From an uncultured virus (IMG/VR IMGVR_UViG_3300047320_000091) (taxonomy: Duplodnaviria > Heunggongvirae > Uroviricota > Caudoviricetes), in IMG/VR virus record IMGVR_UViG_3300047320_000091: 64,000 bases of DNA; one strand, 5' to 3'. The notes beneath the pieces are model-generated. The model saw only the letters and a list, made by a program, of their open reading frames with translations. It was not told the origin of the DNA and did not search any database. Every line of letters begins with the position of its first letter. Position 1 is the stretch's first letter. Below are positions 1-10,508 of this stretch, in pieces. The translations under genes and the position numbers were made by a program.

Positions 1-176
1 ATTTACGACCTCCAGTCCACATTGCTTTGCCGTATCGGTCCTTTCATCGATCGTTCGGCCGAATGCGTTGTGCAGTTCTGCGTTATTGAAATCCCAAACT
101 GACAGCAGCATCGTGGCATCGCGATGAAGGCCTCGCATCAGGTATTTGTCGTTGAATTGTATCAATTTCGGCCGCA

Positions 177-395
177 TCATTTATCCCTATCTGAACCTGT
201 GCGCTTGCTAAACTCGGCTTCGAATGCAGCAATCAGATTGATATCTCGGCGCCCAGCCTCGGTCAGGTCGGACGCCAACTTGTGCATTGGCTCTCTGGAC
301 GGGAGCTGCACGAAGTCAGGCGGCGTGTAGACCGCCTGATCCGTTTCCTTGTCGATGATCCAGAGGCGCTTGTTCCTCTTGACCGCCGCGAACAT
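177..395 (-). CDS. hypothetical protein
   Basis: 72-aa ORF whose start overlaps the RNA ligase stop (TGATG coupling). Confidence 0.6.
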   Translation of the reverse strand: MFAAVKRNKRLWIIDKETDQAVYTPPDFVQLPSREPMHKLASDLTEAGRRDINLIAAFEAEFSKRTGSDRDK

Positions 396-1621
396 CAGCC
401 AGCTTCTGCCAGCAGGTAGTTGTCGTTGATCGCCTTGAAGGTCGGGCCGCCTTCGACCATCGACTTGTAGACGACGCCCTCGGCGATCTTGTGCGAGATC
501 GAGGGGCGGTTGGCCGCGGCGAGGAAGTCCTTCACGCTCGGATAATCCGAGAGCGACACGACGCCCAGGTTCGGCACCCGGTTGAAGTGTTGCAGGTCGA
601 TGAGTCCCTCGTTGGCCAACTTCACCAAAAACTCGAGACGTTCGGCCGGCGCCAGGTAGACCTGACGATCGATGTCGAACACGTCGAAGATGAAGAACGT
701 ATGGACGGCCAGGTTCTCGCGGTTGCCCTGGATGTTCGGACCCATCAGCTCGCCCTGGACCGCGACGTTGTAGCCACCGTGGACCAGCGCCGGCAGGATG
801 CGAGTGTTGATCGCGGTCTTCCAGAACGTGTTTTCAGCATCGCGCTTCAGTTCGAGATTGCGCGAGCAGACGCCGTACTGGCCATCGTAGTTGTAGATGG
901 TCATCGACGAGCCATCGAGCTTCAGGGTGGCCTCAAACTGACCGCGCTCCAGCAGCTCGTTGTCGTTCAGCGCCACGACCGTCTTCCGGACGTAGCGGCC
1001 ATCGGCCATCTTGTAGACGCCATCGGGGATGGCAGCGTCTTCCGGCAGCTCCAGGATTTCGTTCTGGATCGAGACGGTCGCCCAGCTCTTGACCTTGCCG
1101 TAGCAGTTCTGGACACGGTCCTGATCGGTCTTGCGCAGGAACGACGGGAAGGTGCCGCGGGCCTTGGTCGGGCCGAAGCTGTTGCCCTCGCGCTCCGGGG
1201 CGGCTTCCCACTTCTTGACGCCGATGTAGTCGGTAACGTCGTCGCCTTCTTGCAGGCAAACCCCGTTCGGCGTGTACCAGTTGTTGTCCTGCTCATTGAG
1301 TTCGAAGAACTCGCCGAGCGGCATTGCCAGGCCCTGCGAGATCTGACCGCGGAGCTTGATGGTCTTCAGTCGGAAGCCTTCACCCAGATGGGCGGTCGAC
1401 TTGTAGCAGCGCGAGCGCAGGAACTCGAATGCAGGGATGACCGGGAGGAACGAGTCGATCTCGAAGTAAACGATCAGGTCGCCGATCTGAAAGCCGTTGT
1501 CCTTGGCGGACACCAGCTCCCAGCCATCCACCGTCAGGCGGATGATGGCGTCAGCGCCGGGGATCGGATTGATGTCAGCGATCCGTCTGATGGTCGCGAG
1601 TTTTCTTTCGCCGTCGATCAT
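395..1621 (-). CDS. ATP-dependent RNA ligase, Rnl2/DRB0094 family, with N-terminal OB-like domain
   Basis: N-terminus KLATIRRIADINPIPGADAI...VYFEIDSFLP; nucleotidyltransferase motifs TLKLDGSS, QGELMG, FFIFDVF, EGVVYK, FKAIND; ATG at 1621 follows GGAG. Confidence 0.9.
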   Translation of the reverse strand: MIDGERKLATIRRIADINPIPGADAIIRLTVDGWELVSAKDNGFQIGDLIVYFEIDSFLPVIPAFEFLRSRCYKSTAHLGEGFRLKTIKLRGQISQGLAMPLGEFFELNEQDNNWYTPNGVCLQEGDDVTDYIGVKKWEAAPEREGNSFGPTKARGTFPSFLRKTDQDRVQNCYGKVKSWATVSIQNEILELPEDAAIPDGVYKMADGRYVRKTVVALNDNELLERGQFEATLKLDGSSMTIYNYDGQYGVCSRNLELKRDAENTFWKTAINTRILPALVHGGYNVAVQGELMGPNIQGNRENLAVHTFFIFDVFDIDRQVYLAPAERLEFLVKLANEGLIDLQHFNRVPNLGVVSLSDYPSVKDFLAAANRPSISHKIAEGVVYKSMVEGGPTFKAINDNYLLAEAG

Positions 1622-1650
1622 GCGTAGGTCTCCAGTGATGTTCAGGGAAG

Positions 1651-1675
1651 GTGGCCGGGGCCGAAGCCCCAGCCG
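1651..1675 (-). other. intergenic hairpin with cUUCGg tetraloop
   Basis: minus strand GGCTGGGG-CTTCGG-CCCCGGCC followed by a C/U-rich tract. Confidence 0.6.
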
Positions 1676-1765
1676 TGTCGTCAGTGCCCGACGATGCAGC
1701 GGGCGATGCCGTAGGCGCAGAGGATCCACACCACCGCTACAGCGCCGAGCTTCAGATCGAAGGCG

Positions 1766-2434
1766 TCAGGCAGTCGCATCGGCGACCGAGGAGTCTGCAC
1801 GCAGCCGCCAGACCCAGCCGACCAGCAGCACCAGCACGGTGCCGGCGGCCGAGGCCAGGTAGTGGTTGGCGTACGGAGTTGCCCACGGGTCAGCAGCGAT
1901 GATGCCGCCAGCCACCCAGCCCAGCAGAGCCGCGCCAGCCCAGGTGAGGATCGGGAAGCGTCCGATCACCGCCGAGATGATTGCGCTGCCGGCGATCACG
2001 AGCGGGATCGACAGGACGACGCCGAGCGCCATCAGCAAGGTTGAGCCGTGCGAGAGAGCGGCGATGGCCATGACGTTGTCGAGGCTCATGCTGGCGTCGG
2101 CGACTGAGATGGTCCAGATCGCGGCACCCAGGCTGATGACCTTCTTGGTCGGGCCGGCTTCATCGTCTTCGCCCATGAGCAGCTTGGCTGCGACCCAGAG
2201 CAGGAAGAGTCCGCCGATGATGCTCAGTGCAGGGACGCCGAGGAGGAACGCGGCGAAGAACGACATGACGACCCGGAGGCCGACCGCAGCAGCGGTGCCG
2301 CCGATGATGCCCCACTTCCGTTGGTTCTCCGGAAGCTGGTTGCTGACGAGGGCGATGACGACTGCGTTGTCGCCAGAGAGGAGAAGGTCGATCCACACGA
2401 TGCCGAGCAGAGCGGCCCAGAAGAGGCTGTCCAT
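1766..2434 (-). CDS. terC: TerC/YjbE-family integral membrane protein
   Basis: DLLLSGDNAVVIAL and DASMSLDNVMAIAA motifs; about 7 hydrophobic segments. Confidence 0.9.
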   Translation of the reverse strand: MDSLFWAALLGIVWIDLLLSGDNAVVIALVSNQLPENQRKWGIIGGTAAAVGLRVVMSFFAAFLLGVPALSIIGGLFLLWVAAKLLMGEDDEAGPTKKVISLGAAIWTISVADASMSLDNVMAIAALSHGSTLLMALGVVLSIPLVIAGSAIISAVIGRFPILTWAGAALLGWVAGGIIAADPWATPYANHYLASAAGTVLVLLVGWVWRLRADSSVADATA

Positions 2435-2495
2435 TGAAAACTCCAAATTGGGAAAGGGGCGGGCGGCCCGAAGACCGCCCGTGTTGGTGTGACGA

Positions 2496-2933
2496 TCAGG
2501 CCGCGAGCAGCTTGTCGGCGTCGACGTTGATCAGCTTGCCGATCTCGACGAGGACCACCTTCTCCTCGGCGCCGATGCCGCCCTGGTCGGCGGTGTCAGC
2601 AGCGATCAGGAAGACGTCCTGGCGCACTGCGATGTCGCGGGTCTGGAGGGCCTCGATGGCGCGCTTGTTCTCCATGCGGCCGGCGCGGGACTTGGCGCGG
2701 GTCAAGGCGACGTTGAGCGCCTCCTCGATCTGCGGGCCGGTGTAGGAGGCGGAGACGATCGGGTTCGCCTGCATGCCGGAGATGGCAGCATCGATCTCCT
2801 TGTCGTCGATCGAACCGTCAGCCGCGGTCACGTTGGCAGCAGCTGCTGCGACACCCGCGAGGAACACCTTGTCGCCCGTGTAGGTGACGAGGGTCTTCTC
2901 GGCCTTGGCGAGAAAGTTCTTGAGGAAGCTCAT
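2496..2933 (-). CDS. terB: TerB-family tellurite-resistance protein
   Basis: AADGSIDDKE and ADQGGIGAEEK metal-binding motifs; adjacent to terC. Confidence 0.8.
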   Translation of the reverse strand: MSFLKNFLAKAEKTLVTYTGDKVFLAGVAAAAANVTAADGSIDDKEIDAAISGMQANPIVSASYTGPQIEEALNVALTRAKSRAGRMENKRAIEALQTRDIAVRQDVFLIAADTADQGGIGAEEKVVLVEIGKLINVDADKLLAA

Positions 2934-3041
2934 TCTGGTTCTCCTTTGTTTGCTGGCTGCCGGCCAGCACGGTTTGCATTCATGCGCATGGTCACGCATG
3001 AAGGTTCGTTGGACGGGGCCGAAGCCCCGCCCGTGATCTCG

Positions 3042-6000
3042 TTAGCTGCAGCCCGTGGTCTCGCCGCAGGTCTCGCACTTCAAGCAGGTGCCGTTCCGCA
3101 CCATCGTGAAGCTGTGGCAGGCGCTGCACTCGTCTCCGGTGAAGCCGGACATCTTGGCGACAGCCCGCTTGTCGGGGGCTGCATCCGCGATTTCCTTCGT
3201 CTGCACCTCGACCTTGGTCTCGGTACCGACACCGCCGCTGGTGACCACCACGTTGTTGATCACCGTCGCCGGCTGCCCGACTCCCGTGCCCATCGCCGTG
3301 TGGTTGCTCTCCTCGGGCGTGACATGGGCCAGGTCTTCGCGATCGAGATAGCTGATCGCGATGTCCCGGAAGACGAAGTCGATGATCGACGTCACCTGCC
3401 GGATGCGGTCGTGCTCCTGGACGAACCCGGAGGGCTCGAACCGGAAGAACGTGAAGGCGTCGACGAACTCGTCGAGCGGCACGCCGTACTGCAAGCCGAG
3501 GCTCACAGCGATGGCGAAGGCATTCATCATCGACCGGAAGGACGCGCCTTCCTTGTGCATGTCGATGAAGATTTCACCCAGCCGACCGTCCGGATATTCG
3601 CCGGTTCGCAGGTAGACCTTGTGGCCACCAACGATTGCCTTCTGCGTGTAGCCGCCGCGCTTCGACGGGAGCTTCTCCCGCTTGCGCACCAGCTTCTCGA
3701 CCACCTGGACCACCGTCTTCGGCGTCTCGACCGGTTCATCACCAGCCGGTTCGTCGTCGACGAGGGCAGAGTTGAGCGGCTGCGACAGCTTCGAACCATC
3801 GCGATAGATCGCGTTGGCCTTCAGCCCGAGCTTCCAGGACATCATGTATGCCTTGGACACGTCCTCAACGGTCGCGCTGTTCGGCATGTTGATGGTCTTG
3901 GAGATCGCACCAGAGATGAACGGCTGCACTGCCGCCATCATCAAGATGTGACCCTCGGTCGCGATGTACCGCTTGCCGAGCTTGCCGCACGGGTTTGCGC
4001 AGTCGAAGATGGCCTGGTGCTCCGGCTTGAGACCGGGAGCGCCTTCCAGCGTCATCGTTCCGCACACCTCCGTGTTGGCCTTCTCCAACTCAGCGTCGGT
4101 GAACCCGAGATCCTTCCACTTCGTGAGGAAGCGGATGTCGAAGGTCGACTTGACCTCGGCTTCATTGATGATGATCGACGCAGCCCGGAGGGCCAGATCG
4201 AACTTTGGCGGCAGCACGCCTGTGCCGATGGCGTACTTTGAGATCGAGTCGATCTGCGCCTCGGTGTAGCCGAACTTGCGGAGCGCCGCCGGGACCTGCT
4301 GGTTGATGATCTTGAAGTAGCCGCCGCCGGCCAACCTCTTGAACTTCACCAGAGCGAAGTCAGGCTCGATGCCCGTGGTGTCGCAATCCATCAGCAGTCC
4401 GATCGTGCCAGTCGGGGCGACGACCGTCGTCTGCGCATTGCGGTACCCATAGGCCATGCCCATGTCGAGCACGTCAGCCCAGATCGCGGTTGCCGAGCCA
4501 GCCAAGTCGCTCTGAGGCAGAGCATCCCAGTCCAGCCGCGGAGGCTCGATGCTGAGCCCCTCGAACTGCGTCGAGCCCGCTTCTGCCGCGGCGTAATGGT
4601 TCGCCATCACGCGCAGCATCGCCTCCTTGTTCTCCTCGAACTTGACGAACGGACCCAGCTCCCGCGCCATCTCGGCGGAGGTGCGGTAGGCCACGCCCGT
4701 CATGATCGCGGAGATGGCGGCAGCCATCGCCCGACCTTCGCGGGAGTCGTACGGCAGACCCATCGCCATCAGCAGGCCGCCGAGGTTGGCGAAGCCGAGG
4801 CCGAGGGTGCGGTACTCGTAGGAGAGCAGCGCGATTTCCTTGGACGGGAACTGCGCCATCGCCACCGAGATTTCGAGCATGATGGTGATCAGCCGGCAGG
4901 CGTGGACGTAAGCCTGACCGTCGAACTCCATCGGGCCACCGTTCTTCAGGACGTTCCGGCCGAAGAACTTCAGTAGGTTGGTCGAAGCCAGGTTGCACGC
5001 CGTGTCGTCCAGGAACATGTACTCCGAGCACGGGTTGGAGGCGCGGATGCGACCACCAGCCGGGCAGGTGTGCCATTCGTTCATGGTCGTGTTGAAGTGC
5101 AGGCCCGGATCAGCCGACTCCCACGCGGCGCGGCAGATCTGATCCCAGAGCGCCTTCGCCTCGACCGTCTTCACGATGGTCGGGGACGTCCGAGCCTTCA
5201 GGCCCCACAGGCCATCTGTCTCGACGCGCTTCAGGAACTCGTCGGTCACCGACACCGTGTTGTTCGAGTTCTGGCCTGACACCGTCTCGTAAGCCGGGGA
5301 CTGCCAATCGACATCGAACTCCGGGAAGTCGAAGTCCTGACCTTCTTCAGCGAGCTGCAGGACGCGCTGGATGTAGCTGTCCGGCAGGAAGGCAGAGCGA
5401 GCCTCTCGGATCGCCTTCTTCACGCTGTCGCTCTGACGGCTCTCGCCGTCGCCCCAGGCCTCGTGGATCGCCTTCAGGTGCTTCTTGGCAGCCTTCGAAC
5501 CAGCCACCAGCGCTGCAACCTTCTTCTCCTCCTCGACCTTCCAGCCGATGTACTCCTGGATATCCGGATGATCGACGTCGAGCACCACCATCTTGGCGGC
5601 GCGGCGCGTCGTGCCACCCGACTTGATGGCGCCGGCCGCCCGGTCACCGATCTTGAGGAACGACATCACGCCGGACGACTGGCCGCCGCCGGACAGCTTC
5701 TCGCCCTTGCCACGCAGGCTGGAGAAGTTGGAGCCGGTGCCTGAGCCGTACTTGAACAGGCGGGCCTCTCGGGTCCACAGGTCCATGATGCCGCCATCAC
5801 CGACGAGATCATCCTGGATACCCTGGATGAAGCAGGCGTGCGGCTGCGGGCGCTCGTAGGCGCTCATCGACTTCACCACCGCCATGACGTTGGGGTAGCG
5901 GTCGTCGTTCCGGTGCGCCTGGTAGAGCGCGTCGTCGACGTAGGAGTGACCCTGAGCCGGGCCGTCGATGCCGTAGGCCCAATGCAGACCGGTGTTGAAC

Positions 6001-6509
6001 CACTGCGGCGAGTTGGGCGCGAACATCTGCTGCGCCAGCATGAAGCGCATCTCGTCGAAGAACGCGAGAGCGTTGGCCTCCGCATCGCGCAGCTTGAAGA
6101 CGTCGCCCTTCTTGGTGCCCTCGGGAGCGAAGTAGCCGCCCTTCCAGCCCCAATAGGTCCAGCAACCGGCAAGGCGGTCGAACACCTGCTTGGCTGAGGT
6201 CTCAGAGCCCATGAACGCAGAGCGCGTGTCCGGGTCGCCGTTGCCGGCATACGGCACCGAGCGTTGGAGCCAATGCGGCACGCCGGATTCGATTACCTTG
6301 CTGACCTGGTCGGGGACGCCGGCCTTGCGGAAGTACTTCTGCGCGAGCACGTCGATGGCAACCTGCGACCAATGCGCCGGCACCTCGATGTTCTCCATGC
6401 GGAAAACAACCGAGCCGTCCGGGTTCTTGATCTCGCTGGTGGCCTTCTTGAACTTGATGTTGTCGTAGGGCGAGTTGATGCCAGCTGTGAAAAGTCGGTC
6501 GATTCTCAT
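3042..6509 (-). CDS. nrdJ: class II (adenosylcobalamin-dependent) ribonucleotide reductase
   Basis: [51 protein letters not shown]-terminal TSCPD-like domain and CxxC...CxxC zinc ribbon. Confidence 0.97.
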   Translation of the reverse strand: MRIDRLFTAGINSPYDNIKFKKATSEIKNPDGSVVFRMENIEVPAHWSQVAIDVLAQKYFRKAGVPDQVSKVIESGVPHWLQRSVPYAGNGDPDTRSAFMGSETSAKQVFDRLAGCWTYWGWKGGYFAPEGTKKGDVFKLRDAEANALAFFDEMRFMLAQQMFAPNSPQWFNTGLHWAYGIDGPAQGHSYVDDALYQAHRNDDRYPNVMAVVKSMSAYERPQPHACFIQGIQDDLVGDGGIMDLWTREARLFKYGSGTGSNFSSLRGKGEKLSGGGQSSGVMSFLKIGDRAAGAIKSGGTTRRAAKMVVLDVDHPDIQEYIGWKVEEEKKVAALVAGSKAAKKHLKAIHEAWGDGESRQSDSVKKAIREARSAFLPDSYIQRVLQLAEEGQDFDFPEFDVDWQSPAYETVSGQNSNNTVSVTDEFLKRVETDGLWGLKARTSPTIVKTVEAKALWDQICRAAWESADPGLHFNTTMNEWHTCPAGGRIRASNPCSEYMFLDDTACNLASTNLLKFFGRNVLKNGGPMEFDGQAYVHACRLITIMLEISVAMAQFPSKEIALLSYEYRTLGLGFANLGGLLMAMGLPYDSREGRAMAAAISAIMTGVAYRTSAEMARELGPFVKFEENKEAMLRVMANHYAAAEAGSTQFEGLSIEPPRLDWDALPQSDLAGSATAIWADVLDMGMAYGYRNAQTTVVAPTGTIGLLMDCDTTGIEPDFALVKFKRLAGGGYFKIINQQVPAALRKFGYTEAQIDSISKYAIGTGVLPPKFDLALRAASIIINEAEVKSTFDIRFLTKWKDLGFTDAELEKANTEVCGTMTLEGAPGLKPEHQAIFDCANPCGKLGKRYIATEGHILMMAAVQPFISGAISKTINMPNSATVEDVSKAYMMSWKLGLKANAIYRDGSKLSQPLNSALVDDEPAGDEPVETPKTVVQVVEKLVRKREKLPSKRGGYTQKAIVGGHKVYLRTGEYPDGRLGEIFIDMHKEGASFRSMMNAFAIAVSLGLQYGVPLDEFVDAFTFFRFEPSGFVQEHDRIRQVTSIIDFVFRDIAISYLDREDLAHVTPEESNHTAMGTGVGQPATVINNVVVTSGGVGTETKVEVQTKEIADAAPDKRAVAKMSGFTGDECSACHSFTMVRNGTCLKCETCGETTGCS

Positions 6510-6534
6510 AAGCTACTGTTTCTCGTTCTCGTGC

Positions 6535-6870
6535 TCAGGCGCCGCGCTTGGTGGAGCGGTACGGGTAGACCTTGGCGGTCTGGATGCGGGTCTCGCGCTT
6601 GATCGGGACGAACTTCACCGGCAGCTTGCCGAGCGCGTTGATCGTCTCCTTGATCTTCGCGTCGTGGTCCGTGTTGTTCGGATCGAGGATCGCCAGGTCG
6701 GAGACGAGCTGGTTGACAGCGACGTTCTCGGACGGGCGCAGGCGGCGACGGGCATGCACAGCCGTGCCGGCGGTGCGGTAGGTGAACTTGACCTTGGGAC
6801 CAGGCTTCGGTCTGGCCAGGAAGGCGAAGGCCTTCATCAGGCCGCTCAAGATGGCGTCGGAAGTGAACAT
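6535..6870 (-). CDS. hypothetical protein
   Basis: ATG preceded by AAGGAG and by the dispersed TTTGCATTCAA motif. Confidence 0.6.
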   Translation of the reverse strand: MFTSDAILSGLMKAFAFLARPKPGPKVKFTYRTAGTAVHARRRLRPSENVAVNQLVSDLAILDPNNTDHDAKIKETINALGKLPVKFVPIKRETRIQTAKVYPYRSTKRGA

Positions 6871-6880
6871 CGGTGCTCCT

Positions 6881-6897
6881 TTTGCATTCAAACAAAC
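6881..6897. promoter_or_regulatory. dispersed motif TTTGCATTCAARCAAAC (candidate phage operator or promoter)
   Basis: TTTGCATTCAAACAAAC directly upstream of an RBS; one of more than 12 co-oriented copies. Confidence 0.65.
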
Positions 6898-6898
6898 G

Positions 6899-7120
6899 TC
6901 ACGGCAGAGAACGAATGCGGCGTCGGATCTGCTGTCGGGTGAAGTTGGAAACGTACGGGGTGCGCGGTGATGATGCGAAAGGCACCTGGGCCCACGATGT
7001 CCGGACTCGGAAGTGGACCACGTAGTGTCTTCTGTTTTGGTCGAGGTAGAACTCGTCTATCTCGCCATCATCCTTCAGCTGCTGCGCCTCCTTCTTGATC
7101 TCTCGAACGTGTGCCTTCAT
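6899..7120 (-). CDS. hypothetical protein
   Basis: 73-aa ORF MKAHVREIKK..., co-directional with neighbours. Confidence 0.55.
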   Translation of the reverse strand: MKAHVREIKKEAQQLKDDGEIDEFYLDQNRRHYVVHFRVRTSWAQVPFASSPRTPYVSNFTRQQIRRRIRSLP

Positions 7121-7574
7121 GTTTTTCCCTCTTCGAGAATGACCTCTTCGGCCACGCCCGCTTGGGCCGCATGCTGGGAGGTTCGACCACCGCATCGGGG
7201 TCGCCCTTCGCCAGCATGCGGCGTCTGAACTCTTCGGTGTCCTTGGCTATGCGCTTTGTCCGCGCGATCTCCGTCACGTCGGCACCTCGCTTCGATGCCT
7301 TCGACCCGAAGGTCTTGGCTGCGTGGCAGTCGACGTGCTTGGCGAAGATGTGCTCCTCGTCGTTGGACGGCGGCACAGTGTCCTTCGCCTCTGGATCCCA
7401 GCAGCGCAGCTGCACTGCGGGGATATGATCGAACTCGGCGTCTTCGAGCTTGCCCAGGCGTTCACCGCAGGTCGCGCATTTGCTGTCCTGCCGGATAACC
7501 ACCTTGAGCTTCACCAAGACCGGGATCGCTTTTCTGAACCCGGTCGGAGGTGCGAGAGGGAGGGTGGCATCCAT
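7068..7574 (-). CDS. HNH-like (zinc-binding) endonuclease
   Basis: CATC...EFDHIP...HVDCHAAKT pattern. Confidence 0.7.
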   Translation of the reverse strand: MDATLPLAPPTGFRKAIPVLVKLKVVIRQDSKCATCGERLGKLEDAEFDHIPAVQLRCWDPEAKDTVPPSNDEEHIFAKHVDCHAAKTFGSKASKRGADVTEIARTKRIAKDTEEFRRRMLAKGDPDAVVEPPSMRPKRAWPKRSFSKREKHEGTRSRDQEGGAAAEG

Positions 7575-7586
7575 TTGCTTTTGGTA

Positions 7587-7603
7587 TTTGCATTCAAGCA
7601 AAC
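7587..7603. promoter_or_regulatory. dispersed motif TTTGCATTCAAGCAAAC
   Basis: consensus copy 12 nt upstream of the HNH start codon. Confidence 0.65.
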
Positions 7604-7605
7604 AG

Positions 7606-7839
7606 TCAAGCACGAAGACGAGAAATTTTCCTCTCGTAGGCTGCCAGGCCTTCCTTGGTAAACTCGCCGTCCCAGCTGATGAAACCCTTGCGGTTCAGTG
7701 CGTCGAGGCTGCGCTGCTCGCGCTTGGTAGTCGCGGTGACGCCGATGAACCAGCCGGCCTTCTCCATCCAATGCTTCTGGGTCGGAACCCATGCGTCCAT
7801 CAGGCGGAGCTGGGCTCTCGACAAACGAGGGGTGCGCAT
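7606..7839 (-). CDS. hypothetical protein
   Basis: translationally coupled to the upstream MazG-like gene. Confidence 0.5.
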   Translation of the reverse strand: MRTPRLSRAQLRLMDAWVPTQKHWMEKAGWFIGVTATTKREQRSLDALNRKGFISWDGEFTKEGLAAYERKISRLRA

Positions 7840-8282
7840 CAGTCCAGCTCTGGGTCGACGTAAAAGCGCCACTCCAGCCCCTCGCGGTGCCACTGGCCGG
7901 CGCAGACCGGGATGCAGGTGTGGGCGTCGTTGAAGTCGTCGTCGTTGTCGTAGTCCTCGTCGCCGACCAGCTCGCGCAGCTCCTTGGTGGTGATCAGCGT
8001 GTCGGTCCAGACGAAGTCGTGGCGGTAGACGCCGTCGCTCAGCACCACGGCCTTCGCGTGATCGGTCAGCAGCGATTCGGTGACAGAGATGGCGTGGCGT
8101 AGGTCGGCCAGCTCGCTCAGCATGTGCGCGGCGTTGTTCAGCCCGCCCTTGCGAGGGTGGTAGCTGTCGAGACCAAATCTCTCGATCTTGCCGATCGCCT
8201 GGAGAACCTCACCGGACTCCTCGACGATTCTGGAAATGTTGCCGCCGAGGTCATCTGCGGCGGGTAGCAGCTTCGGGTTCAT
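7839..8282 (-). CDS. MazG-like nucleotide pyrophosphohydrolase
   Basis: IVEESGEVLQAIGK...SELADL (EExxE...ExxD). Confidence 0.7.
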   Translation of the reverse strand: MNPKLLPAADDLGGNISRIVEESGEVLQAIGKIERFGLDSYHPRKGGLNNAAHMLSELADLRHAISVTESLLTDHAKAVVLSDGVYRHDFVWTDTLITTKELRELVGDEDYDNDDDFNDAHTCIPVCAGQWHREGLEWRFYVDPELD

Positions 8283-8284
8283 TG

Positions 8285-8563
8285 TCAGTTTTTCCCAATC
8301 ATTTTCGGTGGTGCCTTCATCTCGATCTTGAGGGTGGTGAGTTTGTTGCCGACCAGGTAGGCCAGCAGCCGCATTGCGTTGAAGTGCCAGACCCTGGTGC
8401 CGTCTTCCTTGACGATGTTGAGCCTTCCCCGCGGAAACCGCGGAGGAGCCTTCCAGCCCTTGGGCGTGGTGAGCAGGATGCCGGCTTCGTCAGCTGGCAT
8501 CTTGTTGAGCGTGTAGAAGTTGATGTTCTCTACGCACTGCTTCGCGAGGACGTCAGCGTTCAT
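8285..8563 (-). CDS. hypothetical protein
   Basis: 92-aa ORF, ATGA-coupled. Confidence 0.6.
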   Translation of the reverse strand: MNADVLAKQCVENINFYTLNKMPADEAGILLTTPKGWKAPPRFPRGRLNIVKEDGTRVWHFNAMRLLAYLVGNKLTTLKIEMKAPPKMIGKN

Positions 8564-8994
8564 GCCACGATGAACTCCGGGAAGAGCCGAGCCAGCTCAG
8601 CCTTAGCCCGCTCGACGACGCGCTGGGAGAAGTTGTCCGGGTGGCGCGGATCGGTGACGATGCCGTCCGTGACCTCGTACTCGCCGACCCCGGTGTGCGG
8701 ATTGTCCGCGTGCCAGAGACCGTAGAAGTTGCGGATGCCGCGGCCCGCGTGGATCAGGCAGCCGGCATGCTCCGGCGGGTTGAGCACGCCAGGCTTCAGG
8801 GTGTACGGGAACTTCCAGCTCCACGGATCGAGCCAGCGGTTCAGCGCGATCTGGTCATCGCTCACGCGCCTGACCACGTCGGCGACCATCCCGTCCTCGT
8901 CGAGGTAGGAGCCGAACCACTCCGGCATTTGCGGTTTCTCGTTCTTGCCGAGGCCGCTGATCAGGTTCGAAAGCTTCTTCAACAGTTCCATCAC
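8560..8994 (-). CDS. hypothetical protein (DUF6794-like)
   Basis: GRGIRNFYGLW...HPDNFS motif. Confidence 0.55.
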   Translation of the reverse strand: MMELLKKLSNLISGLGKNEKPQMPEWFGSYLDEDGMVADVVRRVSDDQIALNRWLDPWSWKFPYTLKPGVLNPPEHAGCLIHAGRGIRNFYGLWHADNPHTGVGEYEVTDGIVTDPRHPDNFSQRVVERAKAELARLFPEFIVA

Positions 8995-9488
8995 GCCACC
9001 TCTTCTTTCGGCCGCTCGTCGTTGTCGTTGGCGGCGTCCTTGTAATTCGATTGTTGCCGGGCTTCCTTCAGCAGCGCATCCAGATCGATACCCGGGATGA
9101 TGTGCGTCTGGATCGTTTCGAGCGCGGCGTCGAAGTAGGCTTTGAACTCGTCCTCGCCCATCGCGTCGTACGCGGTGGAGGAGGGCATCATGATGATCTC
9201 GCCAGCGGTGGTCATGACCGGGCGCACCACGCCATTGGCGAGCAGCAGCGTGTCGTGCAGTGCATCTTCGTGCGCGAACAGATCGGTGTTGTTGGCGACG
9301 ATGCGGATCAGCACCCGATAGAGGCGGTGCCTGGGGCCGCTACGAGGCTGTGCGAACTGAGCCCGCACAGGAACGTTCTCCGGGATCGCTTCAAGCATCT
9401 CCGCATCGTATCGAGCATGCGGGACCATGCGACCTTCGACCTTGCGGAGCATGATCCACTTGTTCTTCGATTTGTTGCTCGCGCTCAT
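8991..9488 (-). CDS. DUF1367/NinB-like recombination accessory protein
   Basis: PRSGPRHRLY...PSSTAYDAMGEDEFKAYFD; in recombination module. Confidence 0.65.
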   Translation of the reverse strand: MSASNKSKNKWIMLRKVEGRMVPHARYDAEMLEAIPENVPVRAQFAQPRSGPRHRLYRVLIRIVANNTDLFAHEDALHDTLLLANGVVRPVMTTAGEIIMMPSSTAYDAMGEDEFKAYFDAALETIQTHIIPGIDLDALLKEARQQSNYKDAANDNDERPKEEVA

Positions 9489-9511
9489 GTATCAGTTCTC
9501 TTCATGACGCC

Positions 9512-9772
9512 TCAGATCAGCGATCCCTGACGGGCACGCTGGTTGGTTGATCTCGGTTTGGGTTCTGATCTCGGTCTCTCCTCGCTGCCCCAGGACTTGA
9601 CCTTCACCCGGCAGGCCTCGACGAGCGTGTCGATCTGATCCTGGCTGAGGCCGTAGTCCTCGCGGTGGGCGCGTTCGTCCGCCCACCACTGCCGCAGGGA
9701 GGAGGCTGGCCCCTCGGCGATCGAAATCGCAAAGGTAGCCAGCTCCATGTAGGCCGCAGCCCTATCCGGCAT
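9512..9772 (-). CDS. hypothetical protein
   Basis: 86-aa ORF overlapping the end of the upstream gene. Confidence 0.55.
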   Translation of the reverse strand: MPDRAAAYMELATFAISIAEGPASSLRQWWADERAHREDYGLSQDQIDTLVEACRVKVKSWGSEERPRSEPKPRSTNQRARQGSLI

Positions 9773-10493
9773 GGGCCGCCTTCTTCAGCTCCTGCGACTT
9801 GTCGCTGAGCTTGCCCATCACATAGGCCTCGCCGTTCGAGGACAGGACTTTCATGTCCTTGATGAAGTCCTGGCTCGACGCGATTTCCATCGCTTCCTTG
9901 GTGCGGGTGATCTTCGCGATCTTGTCCGACCAGAAGGTCACGATCTTCTGACCTTCCTCCTTGGAAACGGTGGCCTCGCGAGCCGGAGCCTTGTCGTCGT
10001 TCGCCGGACGGCTATCCTGACGGATGTCGCGACGGTCATCGCGGCGGTCGTCGTTGCGGCTGTTACCCGACTCTTCCTTGAAATCGTCGGCTTCCTCGGA
10101 CGAGTAGGCGTCACCATGCAGATCGGCGATCTTCAGGATCACGCGATCCTTCGCCCGCTTCTCCGCCATGGCGTACGGATACGCCGCCATCTTGCCCTTG
10201 ACCTTGTAGTTGCCGCCGGGCTTGCCTTCGAGCGAGATCAACGCCTCGCCGATCGACCATTCGGTCTTGCCGTTGGCTTCACCCATGACGAGGATGACCG
10301 CCTCGTCACGCTCGGCGCGCAGGATCTCGGGCTTCGTCCACTTGATGCCGATCGCGGCACCGAGACGCTCGACGTCCTTGTGCTTGACGACAGGCGTACC
10401 CTGGACTTCCCAGATCGCGTCGCGGTCGATGTCGACCTTGTGCTTCTCGAAAACGTCGTAGATCTTGTCGAGCCTGGGATTGCTTCGTGCCAT
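9762..10493 (-). CDS. putative single-strand annealing protein
   Basis: YPYAMAEKRAKDRVILK...YSSEEADDF; directly downstream of the YqaJ exonuclease (Red-like pairing). Confidence 0.55.
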   Translation of the reverse strand: MARSNPRLDKIYDVFEKHKVDIDRDAIWEVQGTPVVKHKDVERLGAAIGIKWTKPEILRAERDEAVILVMGEANGKTEWSIGEALISLEGKPGGNYKVKGKMAAYPYAMAEKRAKDRVILKIADLHGDAYSSEEADDFKEESGNSRNDDRRDDRRDIRQDSRPANDDKAPAREATVSKEEGQKIVTFWSDKIAKITRTKEAMEIASSQDFIKDMKVLSSNGEAYVMGKLSDKSQELKKAAHAG

Positions 10494-10508
10494 GGTTCTC
10501 TCCTGTGA

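Noticed and set aside
3042..6509. Intein or intron in nrdJ
   Set aside because: The frame is continuous, the length is typical of alphaproteobacterial NrdJ, and no intein splice or LAGLIDADG motifs were seen.
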